A stretch of 64,000 nt of DNA, from NCBI RefSeq assembly GCF_009914755.1, contig NC_060944.1. One strand, 5' to 3'. Numbering within the stretch: the first letter of the stretch is position 1; each line of letters opens with the position of its first letter. Below are positions 47,494-61,871 of the stretch, in pieces. Under the pieces are notes generated by a model. The model saw nothing but the letters and a program-made list of their open reading frames with translations. It was not told the DNA's origin and did not search any database. Made by a program: the position numbers and the translations under genes. Source of the DNA: the human T2T-CHM13v2.0 reference genome, Homo sapiens.

Positions 47494-49199
47494 TCCAATT
47501 TCCCTTCCAAGGTGTCTCTGGCAGCCACCCCATTATTCAGCTGCCGTTTAATTTTGTTTTCAAACAGTACGATCCAAACAGCACATCTGATAGATGCATG
47601 GTGCTATCTTAAGCTCTTAAAAGTGTACCAGAAGTAATCAGGAAAAATAGTCTGTCATCACAGCCTTATCTAAGACACCATAGATAGTGTGTGTAGTATG
47701 AAATCTGACAAGAATCATCACAGACAAATGGAGGAAAACAAAACAAGCCATTACTGTTGTCCTAGACATAGACTCCATGCATTTGTACAGGTTTAATGTC
47801 TTAAGTTTGCTCTGTTTGGTTTCTTCTGTTTTTAACACTGGATGTTGTGCCTCTGTCCCATTACTCATCTAAGATATTCTGCTTACCGTCTTCCACTCCC
47901 CATTCCTTTTCCTTTGCTCATGTTGTACATCTAGAATGGAGCATTTAGGACAGCTGGACCTTTGCTAACCATCCCTCTTCTGTCCTTCAGAAGTGTGTCG
48001 CTTACCAGAATCCTGAATATATCTGTAGACACAGCCCTGGGTTCTGTCCTGTTAGCCACGAATCCGTGTGGCCCTTCCTATTAGTAATATATGTACCCTC
48101 CACTAAATCCCAAGTTTCAGTTACCCCTCACATATATTTGATGATACAGCAAAGCCCTCATCATAAAGAATCATGCTGTAATATAGATTCCATTATGCTT
48201 TGAATCAGAGCCTGTCCTGGTATATGCAGTGGCGTATAACATCTCTTTTTTTCTGGAACACAAAAAAAAAATAACACAAAGGTGTTTGCCTCTCTCCCTT
48301 TCTGCCACCATGGTAGCAGAAGTCTGTGAAGTTTTGTACTTAGCTGGTTTTCCTGCCTCTTGCTTGTCCACTTCTCATTGGTTCTGCAACAGGAGTAGTT
48401 GCTCTGAGATGCAAACCTGCCTTCAGCCTGCCTGATGCACCATCACACAGCCCAGAGCTGCACAGGAGATGCTCATGGGGCCAAGCCACAGGCCAGGGGT
48501 GCTGACCAGGATGCCCTGCATGGAGAAGACAGGAGAGGAGCACCACCTGATGAGCACACACTCCAGCCAGTTGTTGCTGGGCGTGAGCACATGTCCAGGG
48601 TTGCCAAAGCGCAGTGCTGAGGAAAGCCACACACCTGACAGCTACCCACAAATTGTTTGAAATGCTGGGAGGATCACACAAGACACGTCTTGTAAGCCTG
48701 TCTGGGTCAGGGACTGCCCGTTTATCCTGGGCAGTGCATTGAAGGTCCAGAATGTGCCATCCACAGCCAGGCTCTATTTTCACCTCCTCCCACCAGTCTG
48801 TCCTCTAGTACAAACTGCGTGCTGTTCTCCAGCATGCCATAGTTTCACACCCTCATGCCCTTCCACAACTCTATTCAGCCTTCAGAACCAACCTCCAATG
48901 TCACCTAAAGGGGGCTTTCCTGCCATCCCTGCTCTCGGACAAGTAACCACATCGCCACACTGCCGTGTTGCTCTAGACCCATATCTGGAGGCCTCCCTGG
49001 GTTCCTCCCTTGGCCTCAGTGCTGGACACCTTCTCCACCCAGGTGTCCTGACAGCTTCATTCTCTACATGTATCGCAAATAGGTTCACTTCTCCATCTCC
49101 GCTCCCAGCATCCTGCTCTCAGCCACCTTTGGCCATTCACTGAGTACTCCTTTAGCCTTTTCGTGGGTCCCCTGCTTTCCCTCTGTCCATGACATGTCC

Positions 49200-49765
49200 T
49201 CATAGGACCCAGAGGAATCTTCTGGAAACAAAAATCAGCCTGTGTTATTGGCCTGCTTAATATCCTTCAGTGACTTCCCACTGCACCTCTCATAACAGCC
49301 ACACTCTGAACAGAGACCTCCCAAGCCCCACGTGACTTGCCCAGGCCTCCCCCGGGGCTCCTCTCTTCTCAGGGCCTCCAGCACTCCTTGGCCTCATGCC
49401 TCTGGATACGCTGTTCCTTCTCACCAAAACTCTCTGTTCCCTCCACTGGAGCCCAGCTGGCTCCTTTCCCGTCTTTTAGTGTCAGGTTAAATGTGATGCA
49501 CTCAGAGTTTTCTCTAAACCCCCTGCATCTAAGCAGGGCCCCAACTTTGTTCTTCATTACTGCCCTTACTCATTTTCCTCAGAACATTCATTAAAAATTG
49601 TCCTTAGATACCTGTCTACCTACCTTCATTGACAGAATCTCCCATCAGACTGTAACTCCAAGAGCTGGGACCACAGTGTCTTGTTCACTGCTGTACTCCC
49701 AGGGCCTAGCATGGTGCCTGACCTAGAGCTGATGTTCAGATATTGGTTGGTTGGATGAATCAGCA
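49200..49765 (+). mobile_element. L2 3' fragment
   Basis: agactgtaactccaagag..gtcttgttcactgctgtactcccagggcctagcatggtgcctg. Confidence 0.7.
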
Positions 49766-50229
49766 AATAAACTCTTTGGAGTATTCCTTTGTATCCTGAA
49801 GTCTTTGATTGCTGTCATCCATGGGATTGTCACCTGTTTCCTTACCTGTCTGCCTTTCATTAGACTGTAAGCTCCTTGAGGGCAAGGACTGCCTTCATAT
49901 CTCTGCTCTCAGCCCCTTGGCACATGGTATTGATGCCCATAGGTTTATGTCTACTGATTGCCAGCCCTACTTAGGCACAGATAAGGACAGCTCCTCTACC
50001 TACTTTTACCATGTGAGTAGTGCATGACTCAAATTATAAATTTCTGTTGTTGTATGTTTATTACTCTTTGTAGTTATGACATTTATTATGGAACCAAAAT
50101 TGTCGTAAAATGAAAACCCTTTTGATGAATTGACCATTCAGACATCCTCCCCAACCTCCCCATTTGACATCTTGTACTGCACATAGTTTTGACAGATGGA
50201 TTGTCTTTCTGATGGTCCAGCTACGTTTG

Positions 50230-50720
50230 ATTGCAAAGTGATTTCATTAAGTCAATGAAAGTGATTTTGGAGAATTTCTCAAATGTCCTGTGAAGCCCTT
50301 GACAGTAGGGATCTTGTTAACTTAAATGAAGAGGAAAAATACTGCTCAGGATGATGATATAAGTGCTTCAGAAGATAATGGTTTGTGTATCAAAGGGTTA
50401 AGAGGGGCCTAGGGAAAATTGATGAAGCCCTCAAATATTTTTGTAAAAATTTGTCATTTTTATGATAAGACTATGAAAGTCAAACATGAAATGAAGGATA
50501 TCGTATTGTGCTAGTATGTAGTTTTATCAGAAAATTCATAGCCAAGTTATCAATCAAGTTCGACTCAGTGTTCATCCAGAAAATTAGCTCCTGGCTGCAA
50601 TAATAAACCTAAGGTTTTTCAAATACCAGATAAAATTAAACTTGATTTTACAATTTTAAGTTTATCTTCTCAAGATAGAGTCTTTGTGAGACCATTTTGT
50701 CCCTATTATTTGCTATCTTG
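50230..50720 (+). mobile_element. ancient Tigger/pogo-like transposon fragment (decayed transposase C-terminus)
   Basis: broken frames read LGKIDEALKYFCKN / YDKTMKVKHEMKDIVLC*, resembling Tigger transposase C-termini. Confidence 0.4.
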
Positions 50721-50860
50721 AATGAATGCATTTAAAATCACCCTTTTTCCACCAATTATCTCCTTCAGTAACAAAGACTCCTGCAGTAGCATTGAGACAG
50801 ACACAACACATATATTAAAAAACCTCATAAATACACCATACCTGTAGTAAGAGCATGTCA

Positions 50861-51235
<375 letters not shown>

Positions 51236-51573
51236 TTAAAAATGTACATTCCTGCATCTTAATATGGTTTCTCCCAATGACTGTTTTTACAGAGATCAGA
51301 ACACTAGGAAGCCTCAGACTTATTTATTGTCACAGTAGTCATGTAAGGAATTGTTCTCCTGTTTAAAATCAAGAACAAGTGTAGTGGCTTAGTATCATCT
51401 AGAATTGGGGCAGACAGTCCCAGAAACCAGAGTCTGCAGTGCATCATCCACACTGGCCAGTGCACAGTTACCATCCACATGAAGAGACAAGAAGACCTGA
51501 CTCCATGAGTAGAAGCAAACCCGAAAGTGATCCCATTATTAGAATTTGCAGACAGAATTTACACATATATTTT

Positions 51574-51985
51574 TGGGCCACATCCAACCTGCCACCAGTT
51601 TTTGTAAATAAAGCTTTCATGGAACATAGCCATGCTTGTTTGTTTATTATCTATGGCAGGGACGTCCAGTCTTTTGGCTTCCCTGGGCCACATTGGAAGA
51701 AGAATTGTCTCAGGCTGCATATAAAATACACCAACGATAGCTGATGAGCTTAAAAAAAAAAATCGCAAAAACAGCTCAGTGTTTTAAGAAAGTTTATGGA
51801 TTTGTGTTGGGCCACATTCAAAGCTGTCCTGGGCCACATAACAGGCCGCAGGTTAGACAAGCTTGGTCTGTGGCTACCTTCACTCTACAATAGTAGAGTT
51901 GAGTAGTTGCAGCAGAGATTATGTGACCCATAAAGCCAAAATATTCACTACCTGGTCTTTACCAGAAAAAGTTTGCCGTCACCTG
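51574..51985 (+). mobile_element. MER58A-like MITE with nested MER30 (51657-51865)
   Basis: MER30 cagggacgtccagtcttttggcttccctgggccacattggaagaagaattg...ggttagacaagcttg; 8-bp TSD atctatgg/gtctgtgg. Confidence 0.82.
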
Positions 51986-52938
51986 ATCTAGAGCCAGGTT
52001 TGGAGCAGAGATGTGCTGACAGCTTTTGAGTCTCTTACATGCCTCCACCTTCTTTCTTTGCATCAAAAGGACATGAAAGTTTCCATGTCAGTAATAGCAG
52101 AGTGGCTTGCCCTCCCACAGCTAAAAATTATATATAAACTCCAGACAAAGCTTTAAAAAAACAACTGTTTGAAGGCACTGCAGAGCAACCAAATGCAGTC
52201 AGGGACTGCAAAGGGGAGCTTTCTTGTGTAAGATCCACATTTTTACAGCTTTTCCCCAGTGGGTATTTCCCAGTTCGAGTGGCACAGGGTAGCTAGTACT
52301 TAAGCAGAAAGCTTGTGTTGAGTGCAGAGTTTAGGACTGCTAGAGCAGCCAGAAAAAGAGGAGGCAAATCGCAGAAAAGGGATTCAACAAGGAGGGACCC
52401 CCTAAAATCTGTTTATAAATTCCCTGAAGTTTTTTTGACCCCCAAATTGTGAATTCACAAGAGAGACATTATAAAATGCAACAGAAACCAGTAGCTGGCA
52501 AGGGTGACAAGACAGCAGAGATTTCAGCTGCTCCTCATTACAGCAGGGCTAGACTTCAAAGTTTGAATCCAATCCTGCTGTGTTACAGGGGATCACTAAA
52601 CACCTTGGGCATTCCGATGAAACTTCAGAAGAGCCATGCCTTGGGAGTAGAAACCGTGTCCTAGGACTAAGGGCAAATCCAAAAACCCAAGTAGACCAAC
52701 CAATCTCAGGATGAGTCACCAGTAACTTAATACTCTTCAGAGAAGAAAAAAACCAAGCGTCTACAGTGCATCATCCACACTGTCCAGTGGACAGTCAGCA
52801 CTACTACACATATGAAGAAACAGGAAGGTGTGACCCAGTGAGTAGAAGCAAACCCTAAAGTGACCCTTTTCTTGGAATTTGCAGACACAGAATTTAAAGC
52901 ACATATTTTACATATGTTCAGAGATTTAAAGAAAACTA

Positions 52939-53072
52939 GGCCAGGCACAGTGGCTCATGCCTTTAATCCCAGCACTTTGGAAGGCCGAGACAGGCATATT
53001 GCTTGAGTCGAGGAGTTCCAAACCAGCATGGACAACATGGCAAAAGCCCATCTCTTAAGGGAAAAAAAAAAG
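52939..53072 (+). mobile_element. Alu left monomer
   Basis: single sense arm with A tail. Confidence 0.82.
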
Positions 53073-53985
53073 GAGTGTTAATGACTTAACTGCAAATGGG
53101 GAATCTCACATAGAATGGAAACTAATAAAGAATCACATGAAAATGCTAAAACTGAAAGCTGCAATATCTAAGATGAAAAACTCACTGGAGGGTGATAGAA
53201 CACATTAATCAGAAGAATAGAAAAACAGTAGAAAAATATGGACAGAGTCTCAGTATCATAGGGACAAATTCAAACAGTCTAACGTATGTGTAATTGGAGA
53301 GCCAGGAGGAGCAAAGAGAGAGATGGAAACAGAAAAAAAGATTTCAAGAAATAATGGCTGAAAATTTCCCGAATTTAGTGAAACATAACTCACAAATCCA
53401 AGAAGTTCAACAAATCTGTAAGTTCAAAGAACACCATATCTAGGTAAGTCGTAGTCAAACTGCTGAAAACCAAAGGTAAAGAGAAAATCTTGAATGCACC
53501 CAGAAGTAAAAGACACGTAAACAGGAGAACAACAATATGAATGATGGCTAACTTTACACATAAACGCCGGAGACCAGAAGCCAGAGGAACAGGATCTTTA
53601 AAGTGTGGAAAGCAAAAACCTATCAGTTTGCCAAAATTAGTTTTCAAATATAAAGTCAAAGTAAGAACATTTTTAGAAAAACAAAAACAGAAATCAACAG
53701 CAGCTGTCCCAGAAGGTTTTTCACACTAAAGGAAAATGACACCACATGGTAATTCAGATCCATAGGAAGAAATAATAGCCACTAGAAATGGCAAATAGAA
53801 ACGTATGTTTTTTCTTCTTCAATTATTCAAAAGTTAACTAATTCAAAAATTATAACACTGGATTGTATAGTTTATAGCATATATAGATTTAGATTATTTG
53901 ACAGTGGTAGTACAAAGAATGGTAGGATAACAAGAAATTAGACTTTTGCAAGTCTCTGATATTTTACATGAAGTGGTGCATTTTA

Positions 53986-54381
<396 letters not shown>

Positions 54382-54417
54382 TCAGTAGAGAAGTTAATAT
54401 ACTAAAATTGAACACTA

Positions 54418-54774
<357 letters not shown>

Positions 54775-56231
54775 TGGTAGACCTAAATCCAAATATATTA
54801 GTAAATACATTAAATATAAAGGAGCTGAACTGCTGAACCTTCCACTTAAAAGGCAAAGGTTGTCAAAAATCAGGACCCAACTATGTGCTGGTTATAAGAG
54901 GACTACTATAAATATAAAAACAAATAAAGAATGCAAAAGGATGTAGTATTCAAATAATAAACAAAAGAGACCCATGTGGTTATATAATATCAGTAAAACA
55001 GACATGAAAACAAGGTGGAAGAAGGACATTGTGAGAAGAATATTGAGGAACTTTGTGTTGATAGAACTGTTTGACATCTTAGTGGATGATATTCACACAG
55101 ATATATACATTTGTCAGTTTATCAAATTAAAATTTAATTTGATAAATTTTAAATTTATCGTAAAACTCAAATTAATACGAAATTTTAAAAGCCAAAAGGT
55201 TAAACTCATTGGATAAGCAGTTCCAGAATCCATAGTTCTGTATGTGGTTTATGTATGTGCACCAAATGCTCCCCTGTGATAATCCCTGCCTGTGTTCAGG
55301 GGTAAACCACCATTAACAACAGGATGTAAATACAGTGTCATCAGATCATAAGTAGGGGTCAGGCTTCAGAGTCAGGGTGCAAGACGAAAATTAAGTATAG
55401 GCAAAATTCTTGTCATTAAACATTGACATCATATCCAGTTGGTGAGATGCTCACATAGGACGTGTGCCCAAGAACTGAGATTGACTGGGCAAAGAGCTTC
55501 ACAGTCTCCATCTCACACTCATTGAGAGAAATAGCTCACTGAATCACCCTTGCTGTTCAAATGGTTATTCCTCTCCCTTCTCTTTCCTCCCTGTTGTGTG
55601 TCACCGGTTGTGGAGGCCAGGGTGACCAGGGTGATGAGTGGGAAGAAGCTGTGTATTCAGGGTTAAATTGATGTAAATGAAATGAGATCTGTACCCAGCA
55701 TTTGAGAATTGCCACATGCAAGGAGATATCAAAAAAGCAAGTTGCAAACTCATCCAAGTAGTGAATGTAGATGTGTACTCATTTCTGAAGGACAATCAGT
55801 GTTCAGATTACAGGGTTTTCTTTATGACACCCAAATGCAGCTACTTCTCTGGAGAACTATTTATAGCATTATTTTTATCTCCCCTGATAGTTAGGGAAGC
55901 CAAAGTTTAAAGGACTATTGAACAAATGAATTTGGGAATTATAACATTGAGTTCAATTAAAAAGCCTTTTTAGCTGAAACAATTGTTTATAGCGCCATAT
56001 TTAATTCCTATAAAACTGTATTCTGAACTATCTTCTGAGAGACATTTCAGTGTTACATTAAAAGTTTTTGCCTTTGGTAATTACTGGTTCATTTGCTTTA
56101 AAGCAGCATCTCATTTTCTTGGCTTAAGAGAAAGATTACTTTTTGTGCAGGGATAATGGGCTTATAAATCTAGTATAAAACATATTTAACCAGTTTTCCC
56201 AATTTTGTTTATTTTTCCCCCTCCTCTGCAG

Positions 56232-56303
56232 TTTCGTGCCTTAGCACCAATGTACTATCGAGGGTCGGCTGCAGCTATAATCGTTTATGATATCACAAAA
56301 GAA
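56232..56303 (+). CDS. RAB22A: RAB22A exon 4 (FRALAPMYYRGSAAAIIVYDITKE)
   Basis: acceptor ctctgcag|TTT, donor GAA|gtaag; switch II with YYRG motif; 72 nt. Confidence 0.98.
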
Positions 56304-56390
56304 GTAAGACTATATAGTTTTCTTTAGATTGTTTTGAAAACTCTTTTGGTTGCTTAGATCTCCAGTTGCTCTCTTTTTTGTGTGTTACAG

Positions 56391-56497
56391 GAGACATTTT
56401 CAACATTAAAGAATTGGGTGAAAGAGCTTCGACAGCATGGCCCACCTAATATTGTAGTTGCCATTGCAGGAAATAAATGTGATCTTATCGATGTAAG
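56391..56497 (+). CDS. RAB22A: RAB22A exon 5 (ETFSTLKNWVKELRQHGPPNIVVAIAGNKCDLIDV)
   Basis: acceptor ttacag|GAG, donor AAG|gtaagt; GNKCD G4 motif; 107 nt. Confidence 0.98.
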
Positions 56498-57114
56498 GTA
56501 AGTTATTAGAACGAGAGATTACAATACCTATTATGTGTTCCTTTTCTTAATAAGCAATATCCAGTTTAAGAATCTTGCTTTTATTTTATCTCTGACATTG
56601 AAAAATTCCTTTTGGTTGTGTGGTTGGAGTCCTAAATTTTTAAACTAAAATTAAGATTTCAGGCATTTGGAGCTAATTATATTATGTATACAGACAGGTG
56701 TGCAATTTACGGAAATACTGGTTGCGTTGCATCCAACATTATCTGAGATCAGAGCAGCCCCCAGGCTCCCATGACTTAGAATACTTGAATGCAGAAAGCA
56801 CATTTATTGGCAGTTTCCCTGGGCCACTTCCATCATTCCCAAAGCAAGGGCTTTTTGAAAATTTTGGCTGGGGAAGAAAACCCTGCCATCCCTAATCATT
56901 CCATTAGCTACATTACTAGTGGTACCGAGTTTTGTTTCACTTTGTTTGTTTACCCATGGATGTGGTGTAATCGAGAAGACCATGTCTCAGGGCCCATCCA
57001 GCAGCCATTTAGTCCATCCTTTGTCATCATAAATCTGGTTAACTACTGGGTAGGTGGGGGTACAACTAAGATCTTCATGGGTAGAATTTCTGATATGTAG
57101 TTGTTGCCTTCCAG

Positions 57115-57224
57115 AGAAGTCATGGAGAGAGATGCAAAGGACTACGCCGACTCTATTCATGCAATTTTTGTAGAGACCAGCGCAAAAAACGCGATAAACA
57201 TAAATGAACTCTTTATAGAAATTA
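57115..57224 (+). CDS. RAB22A: RAB22A exon 6 (EVMERDAKDYADSIHAIFVETSAKNAININELFIEI)
   Basis: acceptor ccttccag|A, donor TTA|gtgagt; ETSAK G5 motif; 110 nt. Confidence 0.98.
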
Positions 57225-57739
57225 GTGAGTATCTCTGTGCCTTATCCATTTCCTCTGTAAAAGCCGCTTAACACAGAATGATCTTCCTGGTTAGAATTCC
57301 TGTCTTACTTAGAGCAGTCTAGTCTCTGATATTGTGATCAGTGAAATGAAGTTGGAGAAGGTAAGAGTAATGTCCAGTTTTCATATCATGTTATAGTTGC
57401 TGAAGAGCTGCCGCCCTTCTGGAAAGAGTGTTGCTACTGAATAAATAATGCACAGGGTACTGAGGTCATGAAAGCTGTCCCATTTCTTTCTCTATTTAAA
57501 TATGTTTCCGTTAGTCGTCCAAGGTCATTGAAAATGAACAAAATCAATAAAGGGAAATGAAATGCAGGTATACTTGCACGGTAAGAAAACCCTCAAAAAT
57601 AATACTAGGCAAGTGAAAGGTAAGACCTGTTTTCCCTTCTCTTTCCCTTCCCTTTCCAGAAGTGTTAATATGATGATACTCGATGGGAGAGGGGCTGCTG
57701 CATGCCTTTGGGATCCTCTGCAGATCGTATCTATGTTTA

Positions 57740-58030
57740 TTCATTTCATTCAAATTCATCAAAATATTTATTGGGAGCTGTTCCAGGCTCAGGGGAAATA
57801 GCCGTGAAGAAGATAGATGCAGCCCCTGCTCTCCTGGAGCGCACATTCTACAGAGGGAAACAGACAGTGAACACCAAATAAATAGGATCATTTCAGATCA
57901 TAATAACTGATACAAAGAAAATAATTTAGGATGAAATGAAGGAATGTCTGCAAGCAATTGGGGAAGGTCTCCCTAAGGAGGTGCTATCAGAGCTGAGGTC
58001 CAAAGAAGCAGGCCCTGTAGAGGTGTGGGG
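57740..58030 (-). mobile_element. L2 3' end
   Basis: ttcatttcattcaa..atatttattgggag..ccctgctctcctggagcgcacattcta. Confidence 0.7.
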
Positions 58031-58495
58031 AGTCACATAAACATGTCAGACTTCCAGGTGGAGAAAAGCAGAAAGCCGTCAGAGCAGGGTGGATGTAGCG
58101 TTAAGATCCACCATGTGGTTGAGAGCCAAGGGTACTGAAGCAGGGAGGGTCCTTTGCCATTGTGTCGAGGAGGGGCATGAACTCCAGAGCCCACCAAGGC
58201 CAGGCAAGGTTGACCCATGAGCAGAGCAGGCCCAGGTGAAGCCTTGGGAACCCCAGCTCAGGCCAGGCCCAGCTCCATCAGCTGGGGCCACACTGGAATG
58301 TGGGCCCCTGGTTGCTGAGGTTGTTTTCACATTTTTTTTTTACATGTCCCATTGTTTAGATTTGGCCAATCATTTAAGTATTTTCAGAGTACTTTGCAGG
58401 CCTAAGGAGCCCATCTGCTGCCAGATATGGCCAGTGAACTACTGATTGCACCCTCTAGGCCAGCCCGTTCATTTCAGTGTTAAAACGTCATGATG

Positions 58496-58798
58496 TGCCC
58501 GGGCATGGTGGTTGTCACCTATAATCCCAGCTACTCCAGAGGCTGAGGCAGGAGGATCACTTGAGGTCAGGAGTTTAAGACCACCTTAGGCAACATAGTA
58601 TAACCCTATGTCTAAAAAAATATAAAAATCAAAATACTAGGGCATTGTGGCATGCACCTGTAGTCCCAGCCACTCGGGAAGCTGAGGTGGGAGGATGGCT
58701 TGAGCCCAGGAATTTGAGGCTGCAGTAAGCCGTTGATTGCACCGCTACACTTCAGCTTAGGTGACAGAGCAAAACCCTGTCTCTTAAAAAAACAAAAA
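58496..58798 (+). mobile_element. AluJ (Jr/Jo-like)
   Basis: diverged sense dimer. Confidence 0.85.
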
Positions 58799-58959
58799 TC
58801 ATGTTTATTGTTGTCCTGGATGTAAATAGCAGGTACCCAGATGGATTTTTGAAAGGCAACATAAAGCCAGTTGGGAATTTTTCACAGCTCAAGCTAAAAT
58901 GTCTAAGTGTGTGGTGTCATGAGTATGTTAAAATTACTGCTATCTTTTTGTGTTCTTTA

Positions 58960-59285
<326 letters not shown>

Positions 59286-59469
59286 GGAAGATAGTAAACT
59301 ATACCAACAATGAAAAGTCTTATATAAAAACTAGTATGTACATATTCAATTTAACTGTGAAAAACAAAACCTATATGTTCACAAAGATTAGAAAAATTGG
59401 GAGAGATGTACATAGACTTTCTTGTTCACTGGCTTAGTAAAACTGCGTGAGCACAGTGCCTGGCACACT

Positions 59470-60545
59470 GACTTTGTATTGAAGTATAATAGACATACAG
59501 AAATGTGCACGTATCAGAAGTATAAGGCTCAGTGAATTTTCACAAACTGAATATACTCCGGTGCTTGGCACTCTGGTTGGGACATGGCCGTTCCTACACC
59601 CAACGGTAACCATCCTGATACTAATTCTTCAGATTGGTTTATCTGGTTTTGTTTTACATATATTTTGTACTTTATATTTTTAAAAACACTCTGTTTCCTC
59701 TTGTGTGTCTGGCTTCTTTCATTCTGCATTACATTTTTAGACCATCCATGTCATTGCATCTAGCTGTGAATGATCCACTCTCATGGCTGGTTTGTGCGTG
59801 TGAGTGTCAGAGTCCGAGTTGTGCGGGTAAGGGGGCAGTGAAGAATACCCACAATATAATTATCCATTCTGCTGTTGATAGACATTTGGGTAGCTGTTTC
59901 CAATTTAGAGTTATTACAAACAGTACTGCTCTAAACATTCTGATCGTATTCTTTGGTGAACATCTGTACACATTTTTGTTAGGTATATTTATACCCACAA
60001 GAAAAAATGCTTGTCATTGAGTATGCATGCATTCAGTACAGCTTTACCGCCAACCAGTTTTCAAAGTGGTAGTTGTACTAGTTGACAACCATACCGGTAG
60101 TGTATGAGAAGTCCGATCACCTTCTGTCTCTGGTGGGTAGTCAGTGATCTCCATTTTCATGACAGTTAATGAAGTCGAGCACATTTCCGAATATATGTTT
60201 ACATTTGTCGTATCTACATATCCTCCTTTGTGAAGGGCCTGTTAAGTCTTTTGCCTGTTTTCCTGTTGGGTTACCTGCCTCCTTCTTAATGTTTTATAGT
60301 TCTTTATTTTGGAGATGAGTCACTTATTGACTATGTATATTGGAAGTATCTTCTACTGTATGGCTTGCCTTTGATTTTTTTAGTCAACTCCTTCGATGGA
60401 TTGAAGTTTTTAATCTTCATATAATCTGACTGATCCTTGTTTTCCTTTATGTTTAGCTGCGTTAGGTTTTTGGTTGCTGTTTTAGAAATCATTACCTGTT
60501 CCCAGCTCATGAAAATATTCTCCTCTTATTTCTTTTAAAAATATT
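59470..60545 (-). mobile_element. old L1 (L1ME-like) 3' region
   Basis: tattgaagtataatagacatacagaaatgtgcac..gtgaattttcacaaactg antisense L1 3' terminus. Confidence 0.75.
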
Positions 60546-61571
60546 ATTTGTTCAACAATTTTTTGATGTCATATTTCACAGATGTCTCTTAGATACCAGC
60601 TATATTTCAATATCCATTTATTGAGAATAATGACAAGAAGCTTGGGTAAAGCTTTTAAACAGATTTGTAGTATATTCACAGCAGTGTCTAGTCATTTGAA
60701 AAGTAGTTACAATACATTGGGAGATACTTTCTCAATGTAGAAACCATGCTGTGTACTCCCCACACAGATCCGCAGACAACTCAAAGTGGTGGAGGCTCAA
60801 GGCTTGAGAGAACCTGAGTCAGCGGAGAGGCCATCTTAGCCTTGTTAATGTCAAAAGGTGTACATGTCCATTTATTCCATGTTTACAAAATACTTCTGTG
60901 TCAGGTATTGTGCTGATAAGATACTGGAAACATAAAGATGGACAAATAGGATCTCTTCCCTAGAAGAGCTTAGGGTCTAATGTGAGGGAGATAGTCATGT
61001 AAACAGATATGAGATATGTGTAGTAACCTGTTTCTGGTGTCCTGATTGATTGTAGTGTCTGGGATGTTACAGAGTAAGGAAGTGGGAGGGTGTCAGGAAA
61101 GCCTTTGTACAAGAAGCAACCCTTGAGTTATCAGCCAGGTAGGTAGATGGGTGATTTAAGGATTCTCTTGAAATTGTCATTATGCTTCACGGAGCAGTGA
61201 AGTGAAACCTGTTCATTCTCATGCATTGTTGGTAGGAGAATATAGTGGCACAGCCTCTTCAGAGAGTAATTTGGCAGCATCTGTCAAAATTTAAATTGCA
61301 CATTCTTCCTGCATTTGTGCTAGATAGACACTGGAATACAATGTATGTGTCAGACAAATACCCAGGAGTAGAATACCGTGACCTAGCTCTTCCACTCCGG
61401 GCATTAATCCTACACACATACTCGTAAGTTCAGAAAGATGCTTCTTGCATCTTTGTTAATAACATCAAAATATTGGAAACAAACTAAATACCCATCAATA
61501 GAGAAATGGTTAAATGAATGGTGGTACATCTACAAATGCAGTATTTTAGAGCTGTTAAAAAGAAGGCAGCA

Positions 61572-61871
61572 GGCCAGGCACAGTGGCTCACATCAGTAAT
61601 CCCAGCACTTTGGGAGGCTAAGGCAGGCAGATTGCTTGAGGTCAGGAGTTCAAGACCAGCCTGGCCAACATGGCGAAACCTGGTCTCTACTAAAAATATA
61701 AAAATTAGCCGGGCGTGGCGGTACACGCCTCTAATCCCAGCTACTCGGGAGGCTGAGGTGGGAGAATCGCTTGAACCTAGGAAGCTTAGGTTGCAGTGAG
61801 CCGAGATCATGCCACTATACTCCAGCCTAGGTGACAGAGCCGATAGCCTGTCTCAAAAAAAAAAAAAAAAA
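61572..61871 (+). mobile_element. AluS within an old sense L1 fragment (~61210-62100)
   Basis: full sense dimer. Confidence 0.93.
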
